Of a stretch of 64,000 nt of DNA, positions 51,004 through 63,501 are shown in pieces. Both the position numbers and the translations under genes were made by a program. The stretch is from assembly GCA_002269645.1 (NCBI GenBank), contig NIVC01003437.1:1-64000 (forward strand), read 5' to 3'. This DNA comes from Macrostomum lignano (lineage: Eukaryota). Under the pieces are notes generated by a model. That model was not told the origin of the DNA and ran no database searches. It saw only the letters and a program-made list of their open reading frames with translations. The first letter of the stretch is position 1; each line of letters starts with the position of its first letter.

Positions 51004-51047
51004 ATGATCACATGCGATAATCCATTCTATCACGAGCACTTTCCTTT

Positions 51048-51308
51048 GGGGTTGTAGCCTATAGTGGTTAGAGCGTCGGACTAACGACTAAAAGATCGAA
51101 GGTTCGATTCTCGACCAACTCGTAACAATTTGTGTCCTTGAGCAAGACAATGCATTGGTTCAGTCCACCCATCTGTAAAATGGGTGCCAGCAATTCCACT
51201 TGGGCTAAATAGCCATTTAGACAGCATTCAGATGCGCAGCCCAATAGCTGCGGCTGAGCTGTCGGTTGTACATCTGCCCATTGGGGCAGGTGCCATCAAT
51301 CATTATTA
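51048..51308 (+). mobile_element. CORE-type SINE, paralog of 30995
   Basis: Same head and position after the stop codon; MIR-like CATCTGTAAAATGGG; same 3' hairpin. Confidence 0.85.
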
Positions 51309-51887
51309 GTATCAATATTACCGTTCCTTTACAGAGGATAACGGTTAATCAACGAAATGTCTAATGCTTTTCAAACACTTGCTTGCTGGCAAATGCAGTG
51401 ATCAATACATATCTATATAATATAATTGATCAAAACGAATTAACAAAATACAATTTAACTTTTTTGGTATTTTTTCTCGGCACCAACTGAGGCAAGTAAA
51501 ACGAATGGTTTTTCAATTATTCAGCAACTGAAAAAAATGAGCCTAGTAGCTCGTGTTTATTAGTTTACCAGACATTATGTATCTATACGTAATAATCCTA
51601 ATAAATTATCGAAAACACTTGAAAAAATAGTTAAATGCATCTGTCAGCATTCGATCGGAACACATAAACTACAAATTCGCTGAAAAAGCATATTGCAGAT
51701 GGGTAATGTTGGTTTTCCGTTGTAATCAAGCATCTTATCAAGATGCCCTCGACAAAACAGTACTGTTCTGTTTACATGTAAACAATAAATTTTTCTAAAT
51801 GGATTTTTATGCAAGTTTAAAAAAAACTGATTAGCACATTGCGATGCGCAACAAGCAGCGAAGAGCCTTTCGCGCCGAGGTTTTCCC

Positions 51888-51956
51888 GCAGCGACGTTTT
51901 CCAGTCGGAATTTCAAGTCAAATCAAATCGGATTTAAAATCTAGTCTAGTCTAGAC
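51888..51956. mobile_element. Left half of the MITE seen at 34119
   Basis: TTTTCCAGTCGGAATTTCAAGTCAAATCAAATCGGATTT with the same left flank; the right TIR is missing. Confidence 0.7.
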
Positions 51957-54389
51957 TCACTTGTCACACCGCTTGTCGCTAAAATTCATCTATTAGCTAG
52001 CTGTTAGATAACCGACTCCAATATCGATTTCGGAAATTTGAACAGGAATGGTCAAACCATTCTCAAAGCTTTCCTGAGGAGAATGCTCCAATGGTCTCAG
52101 AGCAATTATAACGAGAAACATTGACGCAATAAAACTTCTATCTGGCTGCTGCCCAGTCTTTGCTGCTACAAGCTGCATACTAAACTTTTGGCTCAACAGA
52201 GCAGAGCCGCATATCGTAAAAGCACCTAAAACGAAACCTTGATATAAGCTCAATTTGTCTGTATCGTGATCTGCAAAGTATCGGCCAGTTCGACTTTAAC
52301 GGGAAGTGAAATAAACAGCTTAATTCGTTTACCATTTTTGTGTAACGGGAGGCGGGAGGAATGATGTTTCTTAAATTGGGTGGCCGTGCGAAGTACCGCT
52401 ACATGCTCTTGAGCACTAAACCATCTCAGCAGTCAGAACATTCCCCCCAATCAGTACATGAGATGCCTTTATGGCCAATCAGCAAGTCTTGAAGGCTTGA
52501 ATTTTCAACCAAACTAAGCAGTCAATCACTGCTCCGGTTTTGACTGCAGCTCCATTGACCCACAATGTCGCAATTTTGTCCAGTTGTCCAGGGTAAACTG
52601 GACATAGAGCATTTCACTGAGCCTGGCAGTTGGTATTTTAAAAGTCACTAAAATGAATAAGACTAAAAATAGCTTTTAAAATGCATGCAGCATGTTTTCA
52701 AATACTCGATCTCGTGACGATCGTCAATGCATGTACATCTCCGCAACTGGTCTAGTACACAGGGTTATTTTCTATTGGTCACAGGATCATGAGCAACAAT
52801 AAGGATATGAGACGTAGAGAGGAAGAGAGGAATTATTTTCAATGATCCTTCACCTTCACTAATTGCCCACCCAAGTTGAATAACAACAGCAATAATATTA
52901 CCAACAGGGCTGTGGGCATCCTGGCGCAACGCTTTCGGAGACATTCGTCAATTCCGCTGACTCCTAAGCAGATACTAGGGCTCCAATACTGTACGCTAGC
53001 AAGCGCTCATACTCGCTCACACAGGGTGTACAGCGGATCTGACTTTCTAATCCTGGCAGGCATGTACACTATCTGTGCCTTGGGGGTTGGCCTTCATGTC
53101 TGTGAATCGCAGGACAACTCACCGGGCAATTTTCGGTGCACAAGCATCAAGTGAATGTGGCCGCGCACGGAATCGAACTAAGGGTCACGTTTACCACTGA
53201 GCTTCTCTGTCCTTGGTCCAACGTAGTGGTATTCGATAGAGGCATGCATATAGCCGCTGTGTTAAGCCGCTTCTAATAAAATTCTAAGCTGGAATCTTCT
53301 TTTCCAGAGATATCCAATAGCTTAAAGAGCCATTGTTTACTGTGAAAACATGACGAGTTTCTGGAAAAGGATCCGTTAATATTTTTGGAATTTTCAATTA
53401 GAGCGATACTGTTTAGAAATTACGAGTATTTTATTGGTCGAGAAGCAAAATACGAGAAGTTCGAGTAGTCCCTTTTTTCAACCAAGCAATTCTCTGCTGG
53501 GCTGTTCAATTGATACCATAGCACAGATCGGCCATGACTAGACTATAGGTGTCCTTGAACCTTTGCCCATAGTTGGCTGAAAGTCAGCGCACTTCAAACA
53601 ACCTGGGACCGCTGGTTCAGCATGCGACACCTAGGTTACTCCGTCACAGCACAAGCTGCCCAACATCAGCTGAGGTGAATGGTCCAAGTGAGCGAGGCAG
53701 TGAATGTCGGCACAAGAGTAGCGCGCTCGGGGTTACAGAAAATGATATAATAATGATAGAACTCGTCTTGATTCATATAAAAAATATAATTTCTTCGTCA
53801 CAAAATAGCATCGAGCGTATTTTTCTGGTGTAATTGATTTTGACTTTTGAAAAGAACTATTTAAACACTTCAAACACATCCAATTGTGTAAAAGAACAAA
53901 ATAAAACACGGAAATAAAAGTTTTATAAACTTCTAAGTTATTACTGTTTGATCCTGGCAAGTCTCAAAATCTGGGATAAATTGAATTTAAAAAGTAAAAA
54001 GTAAAGCAAGGAAATATTTTTGACATTTGAATATAAAATAGGAGGATAGTAGCGAGGATTAAAAAATTGTTTGTAGACAGATTTTCATTTGTAACGACAT
54101 CAAAAAATTGTTTTGTAAATGAAAATCTCGCAATAAATGTTTCAATGATTTGCTTTTGTTAGGAAAATAAAACTGGCTACAGAAATCAAAGTTAATTATT
54201 TTACGTACATGCCCTGCATGCTGATGGCTAAAAATAAATATGTTGCGTAACTATCACAGGACAAAACATCTAAGCCACGGAGCTTGCGTTATGGAGTATC
54301 CAAAAGCCAAAGCATGTAAACAAGGGAACATGTCACAAAAAACGGGTAATCTACGAGGCTTTCATCAGAAAGCAAGCAAGCATGGGGCG

Positions 54390-54935
54390 TTCACTAAAAA
54401 TATCTAAGCAGCAGGACTTTCACAAAAACATGTAAGCGGCAGGACACTCACAAAAAACATGTAAGCCGCAGGACATTCACAAAAAACATTTAAGCGGCGG
54501 GACATTCACCAAAAACATGTAAGCGGCAGACATTCACCAAAAACATGTAAGCGGCAGACATTCCCCAAAAACATGTAAGCGGCAGGACATTCACTAAAAA
54601 CATGTAAGCGGCAGGACATTCACTAAAAACATGTAAGCGGCAGGACATTCACTAAAAACATGTAAGCGGCAGACATTCACCAAAAACATGTAAGCGGCAG
54701 GACATTCACTAAAAACATGTAAGCGGCAGGACATTCACTAAAAACATGTAAGCGGCAGACATTCACCAAAAACATGTAAGCGGCAGGACATTCACTAAAA
54801 ACATGTAAGCGGCAGGACATTCACTAAAAACATGTAAGCGGCAGATATTCACCAAAAACATGTAAGCGGCAGACATTCACCAAAAACATGTAAGCGGCAG
54901 GACATTCACTTAAAAATAAGTAAGCGGCAGGACTT
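54390..54935. repeat. 28/29-bp minisatellite, about 19 units
   Basis: Units CATTCACTAAAAACATGTAAGCGGCAGGA and CATTCACCAAAAACATGTAAGCGGCAGA. Confidence 0.97.
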
Positions 54936-56429
54936 CAGTTGAGGAGAATCAACGAATCAAAAGAGTCTCTGGTTATCACTTTATATAGGATTTTCTGTTT
55001 AACTTTATAATACTGTCATAGTACTGCTCCAATACAGATTTCATCCACAGCAGCTGGCGGCGCACTAATGATGACTAGCTATGATAAGAAAATAAGAACG
55101 TTTTCCACTTGAACTCATAACCTTGTGACTTGATTTCGATATGTCGATGGCTTGAGAGATCTAAGGGTAAAATTTCGATGGCAAAACCCATCCTCATGCT
55201 TTAACAGCCTGCAAATAAACATGCTGATATTTGAAGCACCTGTCAATCACTTTCAGTATGTGTAGCTTTTTAAAATAGTCTATGAAACGCAGCAGAATGA
55301 CACTTGCTATCAGAGCTGTAACCTGGGGTAAGCAGGTATCGGACGATGCTACGTCATAAATGGTTTAGCATCAATAAGTTGACTGGAGACTCGATGCGAA
55401 TCGAAAAGCTGGATAAACCGAAATTCGGAGCACTTTATGTCATCCGACTGCTGAAATTCATATTGATAATTATAGGAAATATGGATTGTGACGCCTTTGA
55501 TGGTTATTGTAGAGTTCACAGCGTTCACGGACGACCCGAGTGGCAACAGCCATGCCTACATTGAGACCAAATCGTTGTCAACTACAAATAACTTGAAATT
55601 CAATACTCAGAGATTCAGTTCACATCTCAAGCGATTTTTACTCCAATAAAAATGCAAAATCAAGTGGCAAGGTTATGAATGAGTTGAAGTGGAAAACATG
55701 GCAAACACAGAACGCCTAGGGGGTTATGATAATTATACGCTCGTAGCTTTCCGAGAAACACATTTTTCATCTCCTTTAAAACATAAATAGTAAGATTTTT
55801 TGTGATACTGCTGAATATTACCGAATGAAATCCCGAAGAACCGAAATTATGCTTTAAAATGTTGTTACATCTATCTTTAATTAACAATTTTTTTCAACTT
55901 TTGTTCATAAAATAATGGAAACTTCATAGCAAAACTTCAAACAACTTAATTACTTTTAGCAGTTCTACTTAGTGTAATTTTCAGTAACCAGCAGGGTTTA
56001 AGACATTCCTAAATTAGTTAAAGCAGCCAGTTGCAAAAAAGAGGCTCACAACGATGAAAAGTTGGCAAAAGCAGAAGCTGGCAGATTTGCTCACAACGCG
56101 ATTGGTCAGATGATGTAGTAGAGATCGTAGTCGAGCTTGTAGTTGAAGTTGTAGTAGAGACTGTTGTAGAGATCATGACGCCCATAAGAAAACACGAGCT
56201 GCTCATTCGCGTGCTGAGTCCGAAAGTCTGGAAATTGGCAGGTAATTTTGCAGCAATTTAATTTCCTCTGAAAGCTGTAACAGACTGATAAATCTCACTT
56301 TAATAAAACCCACATTAAAAAAGGGCTCGTACTAGTAAACTTTGAATTGCTACCATTGCTTGCATCTTCTGCTTTGCTAGAGTTTTGACTTTATTGAATT
56401 CCTAAATTGGAAAACATTTAGCTTTTTTC

Positions 56430-59400
56430 TTACCGCTGTATCTGCTGCTGAATCTGGTTCAAAGTGTTCGTCATCTGGGACAGTTGCTGCTCGATATTCA
56501 ATTGTCGCATTTCAATTGCTTCAGCTTTTCCATTCCATTGCGCCTCTATTCTATCGTTATCTAAACGCAAATCCAGGGCTTGGTTCTCCACGTGCGCCTT
56601 GAGCACATCGGTGTCGCCCTTGTGCCTCTCCACAGGCCGCTGCAGCCGGGGCCGGTGCTCCCGCAGTCGTTTAGCCTGGGAAATCAGGAAGCGCTTGTAG
56701 CCTTCTGGGTAGCCGCTGAAGTCTTTTTTGTTTTTCCACCATGGCTGGAGAAGGACCAAATGCAAGAAGTCAGTGCTTATATATATATATATATATATAC
56801 CAGTGTATACACATGAAAAAAACTGGCTTGACAATATTCTGCTAAGCTATGATCTTACCTCAGAACCGTCAGGACCCACTTTGCCACAGCGCCGCCCGCA
56901 CCGACACCTCACCAGCAGTTTCCAGGCGTAGTGCAGGAATGACAGCGGCGGCGGAACTGGACTGACCTCCGCGAACTCCCGCAGCAGCTCGAACAGATTC
57001 TTGCGCCACAGAACCTCCGCCCTGCTCGCCAACTCCGTCACGGTGCGGCTGAACAGCGCAATCAGCAGGTTCCACATCACAATATTCACCAGAAGGAGGT
57101 ATACAAACACCAGAATTCCGTTGTAAGCCTTGTTTCCAGCTTCATCCGCACAGGACTCTCCAGTCGCGAGGTTGCTGGAGCTGCACGACTCGAACTGCGC
57201 GTTTTCGAAGATCCCAAAAGCCAGCGATACGGGTACGGTGAACACCTTTGTCAGAGCCTGAGCATCTTTTGAGTCTGAGAAGGCCGGAAATAGCAGGTTG
57301 AAGAAGAAGACGCCGAATGAGTACACCAGCACCAGCAAGATCAGTATGAATGGCAGAAGGTCTTGGAACAGAAGGCTCTTTAGCATGTTGATCTTCGGCC
57401 CGGTGACTTTGAAGTAGCTGAGCAGGGAAACAGAGCGGAATCCCAGTATCAGGAATGAGGCACTCAGCACAACCTGACTGCTGCGCAGGAGGCTGGAGTC
57501 GCTGAGCTCGCCGAGCAGCTTCAGGACCAGACCTGCCCACATCAGCAGTAACCCAGTCATGTCAAAGTAGTTGAACAGGTCTGTGAAGTAGCCAGGAACT
57601 CTTCGATGTCGGCCGAATATTGTCACTTCCTTTCGAGAAACATTGTTAAGAAAATCATTGATTTCCTGCAGAGTGAAGGACAGTGCGTACGACAGCAGAA
57701 TGATGTCTGGAGCTGGAGACTGCTGGATCCGACTGAAGTCCGTCACGTACCAGGCAAAGTAGAGCAGGAAGAGCAGGAAAGCGACGACATGTATTATATA
57801 TCTCTGCCAAACTGTTGTATTTGCAGGCCTCTTACCGGTGCAGCAGTGAGGAAAGCTGCTCCAGGGCAACGGTGGAGGCTTTTTCCAGTGCTGATCCACC
57901 AAATTGCTGATGCAGTCAGTGGCGAACAAGTCGTCACAGTCCAGAGTCTTCACAAGATGCATGACTGACACAAACTCTTTATCAACTTCATTTGAAGGCT
58001 TCTTCGCAGGTCGAGAAACGGATTCAATTGGTGGTAAAAACCTCGGCCCAGCATCAGCCTGTTTATCTGAGACACAAAACGAGCCAGTCAGGTAGTCGAA
58101 CAGATTTTTCCGTTCATCTTCATCGCCATTGGCATATAGAGATGGTCCAGGATGTTGACAACAACATTTAACGCTCGAAGTTGCACCTTCTGCATAGTTT
58201 CACTTTTACTTGACCTGACTTTTGGCTTGAGATAAATAAGCAACCTCAGGGTCTGAGAGATGATGTCGAATTGAGGCAGCAGCATGAGGTCGTTAAGAAG
58301 CTTTGGTTTCTCGAGCAGCACGGCGTATTCCATTAGCTCGAGGGCTTTTAAATTTTTGTCTTGCTCTGGGAAAAACTGCAGCAGAGTCGCTATAATGGGC
58401 GACTTTGAACCTGGCTGCTGTTTTCGAATCTGAGATACAATATGCTTATGAAACTGGTCATCAATCTCATCGATAGCAAAGCCCAAACTGATCAAGCCTC
58501 GCAACATTTCCGCTGAGTCCAGCTCGAAGGCTCTGAGCAGCATCCGAACTTCTGGAGATTCTTCAGAATTTGGCATGATGCCATTTTCTCGTCCTTGCTT
58601 CCGCTCATTTCTCTTGTCGCCATCTTCCTGAGATTTCCTCAGTGCAGGGCTTCTGTCATCTTCAATGCTAGCCTTGAGCGAGAAGTCATTAAACTGAGTC
58701 AAGTAATTCCGTGCGCTTTGCTTGTCAGGAAGTTTCAGCGCCCTCTTTGCAACATCCACTAACTTGAGCAGTTCTCTAATGGTAAATGACTTCTCTTTAG
58801 GAAGTTCCTTGATGTCATCTGCAAGCTCAACAAGAACTTCGAGCGTCTCCTTGTTGCAGGCAAAGTCGACGCACGTCTGCCCAGCTGCCGTCTCAGCCTC
58901 CAGTTTCGCACCATGCCTTAGAAGATATTTGATGTTTTCTTTGTTGCCACATTCGCAGGCAAAGTGCAAACATTTTGCTTCTTTAAATGGACCCGTAGTG
59001 ACTCGAACATCTAAAAGTTCTTCAGAACTGAGACCACAAAGCCTGAATAACTCATCTGCAATCACCGGAAGCTCGTATTTTAGGCAAAAAACGTGAGTCA
59101 CGTGCAGACCTTCCGAGTTTTTTTGAAGATTCTTAAAAACCTTCGCTAGAGGAGACTTCGACAGAGCGTTCAAAACGTCTCTCAAGTTAGTTTCACTGGA
59201 AATTGAAGCAAAAAGACAATTATGCTTCTGCTTGTTTTCAGCTGCAGGATCAACACCGTTATCAACAAGACACTGTATGCGATTGATGAGTAGGGCCAGT
59301 CGATCTGAATCACAAAACCGGTTCAGATTTCTGAACACTGCGTGTAACATACTATTGCCTTCGGAGTCTGTTTCACAAATATCAACCAAAGCGTGTCGAT

Positions 59401-60907
59401 CCTCATTTTTGACTCGATCCCATAGCCATTGAAAAACGTCTGGCTGTGTGCAGTTAAGAGCAGAAAGATAAAACTGGGTTCGCTGCCGATGATTAGCAAT
59501 GCTCAGACAGTCTTTCCACCCAATTTTTTCGATAAGCGAATGCAGTGCCGTCAAATTTTGATGTGAAAATGCAAAGTGTATGGCAGTGTCACCATCGAAA
59601 TCACGAATAAGGAACTGCTGCTTGTCCTCGACAATGGATATGAGCCACTGAAACACTGCCGGATTCGCCGTGTTTGCAGCTGCTCTGAGCAAGACACTTT
59701 GATTTTTAGCAGTTTTATGATCCAGGCACTGCTGCAGACCGAGCTTCTCAGTCACTTGCTGTAGTGTGTCTAAATCCAGCTTTAAAAATGCAATGCTAAC
59801 AGCACTCTCGCCGGAATCGTCTCGAGCAAAGAATTGCTGCTTGTCCTCGACAATGGGTATGAGCCACAGAAACACTTTCGGATTCGCCGTGTTCAAAGCT
59901 GCTCTGAGCAAGACACTTTGATTTTTAGCAGTTTTATGAGCCAGGCACTGCTGCAGACCGAACTTCTCAGTCATTTGTTGTAGTGTGTATAAATCCAGCT
60001 TGAAAAATGCAATGCTAACAGCACTCTCGCCGGAATCTTCTCGAACAAAGAACTGCTGCTTGTCCTCGACAATGGATATGAGCCACTGAAACACTTTCGG
60101 ATTCGCCGTGTTGAAAGCTGCTCTGAGCAAGACACTTTGATTTTTAGCAGTTTTATGAGCCAGGCACTGCTGCAGACCGAGCTTCTCAGTCACTTGTTGT
60201 AGTGTGTCTAAATCCAGCTTTAAAAATGCAATGCTAACAGCACTCTCGCCGGAATCTTCTCGAACAAAGAACTGCTGCTTGTCCTCGACAATGGATATGA
60301 GCCACAGAAACACTTTCGGATTCGCCGTGTTGAAAGCTGCTCTGAGTAAGACACTTTCATTTTTAGCAGTTTTATGAGCCAGGCACTGCTGCAGACCGAG
60401 CTTCTCAGTCACTTGTTGTAGTGTGTATAAATCCAGCTCAGAAAATGCAATGCTAATAGCACTGTAGCCGTCATTGTCTCGAGCAAAGAACTGCTGCTTG
60501 TCCTCGACAATGGATATGAGCCATTGAAATACTTTCGGATTCGCCGTGTTAAAAGCTGCTCTGAGCAAGACACTTTCATTTTTAACAGTTCTTGCAGCCA
60601 AGCACTGCTGCAGATCGAGCTTCTCAGTCACTTGTTTTAGTGTGTCTAAATCCAGCTCAGAAAATGCAATGCTAACAGCACTGTAGCCGTCATTGTCTCG
60701 AGAAAAGAACTGCTGCTTTTCCTGGACAATGGAAACGAGCCACCGAAACACTTTTGGATTCGCCGTGTTTAAAGCTGCTGCAACCAAGATGCTTTCATTT
60801 TTAGCAGTTCTTGCAGCCAGGCACCGCTGCAGACCAAACTTCTCAGTCACTTGTTTTACTTTGCTTAAATCACGCTTCAAAAATGCCTTGTAAACATTGT
60901 AATCCAT
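56430..60907 (-). CDS. TRP cation channel: N-terminal ankyrin repeats, TRPM-like S1-S6/TRP helix and a C-terminal coiled coil; one frameshift at ~58135 (~1450 aa if corrected)
   Basis: ORF 60907-58088 (ankyrins, e.g. CLHFACECGNKENIKYLLRHGAKLEAETAAGQT) continues after a frame change into ORF 57971-56847 (YFTDLFNYFD, GPKINML..D..F, SFGV, NLLIALF, WRK..EF..PVPPPLS). Donor GAG|GTAAGA at 56858; exon 2 at 56744-56430 is in phase 0. Confidence 0.85.
59600..60900 (-). repeat. Six near-identical 219-bp (73-aa, two-ankyrin) coding repeats in the TRP N-terminus
   Basis: GGATTCGCCGTGTT recurs at 59661, 59880, 60099, 60318, 60537 and 60756. Confidence 0.95.
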
Positions 60908-61097
60908 TGTAATCTGTGGATGTATGAATTGAAGAGTGAAAAGTTTTTTAAACTTTGTTGCTTGTGCTAAGTATTTAATAATGGTTGGAATTTCATTTTA
61001 CTCTATCCTAATACTAAAACTCTAGTGCATATATAAATGGGCATTCAGTTTGCTGTTTAAGTATTTCTACGGAATATGTAAGTAATCTTCTCTCTCG

Positions 61098-61124
61098 TCC
61101 TAATACTAAAACCGACGCGATGTT

Positions 61125-61167
<43 letters not shown>

Positions 61168-61270
61168 ATGTTGCAAGTGAACTCCTACAATTCTGGCAAG
61201 TCGGCGTCGAAACTTATATAGGAAAACTGCAAATTTTCCCGATCAAGATTTAGGCTATTTTAATTTTTAA
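61098..61270 (+). mobile_element. Dispersed repeat resembling the 5' end of a non-autonomous Helitron, with (GTCT)n
   Basis: TC..TAATACTAAAA..GACGCGATGTTTG(TCTG)n, shared with 63502-63645. The 3' end was not established. Confidence 0.55.
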
Positions 61271-61984
61271 TCTTCACATTTTAACATCCCTAAAAAACAG
61301 AAAACTGCTTTTTCAACCCCCAATAACCTTCTTTGGCCACTCTGCCTGGGGCTGCAGCCAGTTTGTAAAAATAGCCACCCCAACCTCCGCCCGCGGGTCG
61401 CTGTTTTTGGGGGGGGGGTGCGCGTGTTCTTGCGTTCAATGCAAATAAAACCCCCCGCGTGTTGAGGGTTGAGTTAAAGTTAACGATTCCCCCGAAACGG
61501 AGGGGGGTTGGGCTTGGACTGTGTGTACATAGCAGTTGTACAGTGTAAGCAGTAGATAGGACGGTGCCGAGATTTAATTGGTTTTATTATCGGTGCCTTT
61601 CAATACGCAGCCCTGTCTGTGTCTTGCTAGACAGTGAAATTCATTGAACAAACTTGCGAGCCTCTCAGGCAAGCAGTCGGGAAATTGGGAAATTACAAAC
61701 GCTAACTTTTCCTCGAGTTTCCTCGAGTTTTAAACTTTGAGAGGAGAGACCTATATTGCTGGAAAGAGCTTGCAATGCTGAGTTCGGGGATAAAAGTTTT
61801 TGCTTTGAAAATGAAAACAAAAAGCACAGCATTCAAGAAAAAATCATTCTTTAAATTTTCTGACACGTGTTCTGCGTACAATTCAATTAAAACACTCTGT
61901 TGGCCAGGTGGCGCGATAGGGTTCAGTGTACACAGTGAATGCCCAGTAGAGGCTACAGATAGCAATGAAATGAAAGAACGATGA

Positions 61985-62012
61985 AACCCTAACCCTAACT
62001 CTAACCCTAACC
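61985..62012. repeat. Short interstitial telomere-like repeat (CCCTAA)4-5
   Basis: AACCCTAACCCTAACTCTAACCCTAACC. Confidence 0.7.
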
Positions 62013-62082
62013 ACTGACGCCCTCTAACTTGAATATTTTTAAGTATGGAAAAAAACATCTTTTGGATCTCTATTTAGCAGTC

Positions 62083-62610
62083 ATGATGGACTGCAATTTC
62101 ATGGAGATGTCAGGTATTATGATTAAAAATTGATGAATCGCAGCTTGACGGAGATGATATTGATGGATTGACGTTGAAAGGAGAGAATTTTGACGAAATT
62201 CAGTTTCATGAAAAGAATTTTATACGTTCTGTTTCACGGAGACGATTTCGATGGCTTTCAGTTTCCCAAAAAAAATTTGATAAATTTCTGTTTCACGGAG
62301 AGAATTTTGATGGATATCCATTTGACGGATTTCGATGGTTTTCAGTTTCACGGAGATGCTTTTGATTGTGTTCTGTTCAATGAAGAGGCTTTTGATGGAG
62401 TTTTGTTCAACGAAGAGGACTTTGAAGCATTTCTGTTTCACGGAGAGGATATTAATGGAGTCATGTTTCACGGAGTAGCTTTTGATTGTGTTCTGTTCAA
62501 TGAAGAGGCTTTTGATGGAGTTTTGTACAACGAAGAGGACTTTGAAGCATTTCTGTTTCACGGAGAGGATATTAATGGAGTCATGTTTCACGGAGAGGAT
62601 TTCGGTGGTC
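62083..62610 (+). repeat. Degenerate 30-bp repeat with a 120-bp higher-order unit; translates as pentapeptide-like repeats
   Basis: The frame reads FHGDA FDCVL FNEEA FDGVL FNEED FEAFL FHGED INGVM; the 5' part has frameshifts. Confidence 0.75.
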
Positions 62611-63260
62611 AGAGATCAGATCAGAGATGAGAGAGGTAAGAGAAGAAAGTAGTGAGGAGAAAGAAGAGGCTAAAGATAAATTTGCAGAGAGGGGAGATAA
62701 GAGATGCGATGAGAAAGAAGATGAGTGAGAAAATGAGAGAGAAGAGATTAAAGATTAGAGAAGAGAGAAGAGATTGGAGATTAAAGAAGAGAGGGGAGAA
62801 GATGAGAGGAGAAAGGAGAGGAGAGAAAAGAAAGGAGAGGGGACATGAGATGATAGAAAGCAGAGAAGAAAGATGGGAGATAAGAAAGGAGAGGGTGAGA
62901 GCATATAGGAGATATGAGAAATAAGAGCAGAGAAAAGAGAGAAAATTAGAGATATAGGGTAGGGGAAAGATAATAGATAAAAGAGTAGAGATATGAGAGA
63001 GGAGAGAAGAGGGGAGAGATAAGAGACAAAAGAGGAGGCAGGAGAGAGGAGATAGGAGAGGGTACATACGAAAGACAATGAAGAAGAGATAAATAAGGGA
63101 GTAGAGATGAGAGGAGAGAGAGGAGAGAGAAGCCAGAAAGGGAGAGAGTACAGAGAAGATAGATGAACGATCAGATATAAGAGAGTTGAGAGGAAAAAAG
63201 TAGTGAGGGAAAAAAGGAGGGTAAGAGAGGAACACAGAGAGAAGAGATGAGAGACTTTAG
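62610..63260. repeat. Purine-rich (GA) low-complexity tract
   Basis: Directly visible. Confidence 0.95.
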
Positions 63261-63501
63261 AGCTGAGAGAGCAAAAAGGAAACAGGAGACAGGGGAGTCT
63301 GAGTCTGGACAATGGCAGTCAGTATTTGCAAACATGGAAAACAAGAATGTGGTATTTGATTTGAAAGGCTTTGTAGAGGATTTGGAGACAAGTTGGAAGA
63401 TGGGATTCAAGACATGGAATTTCAGTTGATGGATATTTCAGGGAATGGAATTCCGGTGATGGGAGTTCTTCCTCTTTCTCCTCCGAAGGAAGAGTTCCAC
63501 T

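Noticed and set aside
62621-63312. Leu/Ser/Phe-rich and Arg/Glu-rich ORFs
   Set aside because: Translations of GA low-complexity sequence.
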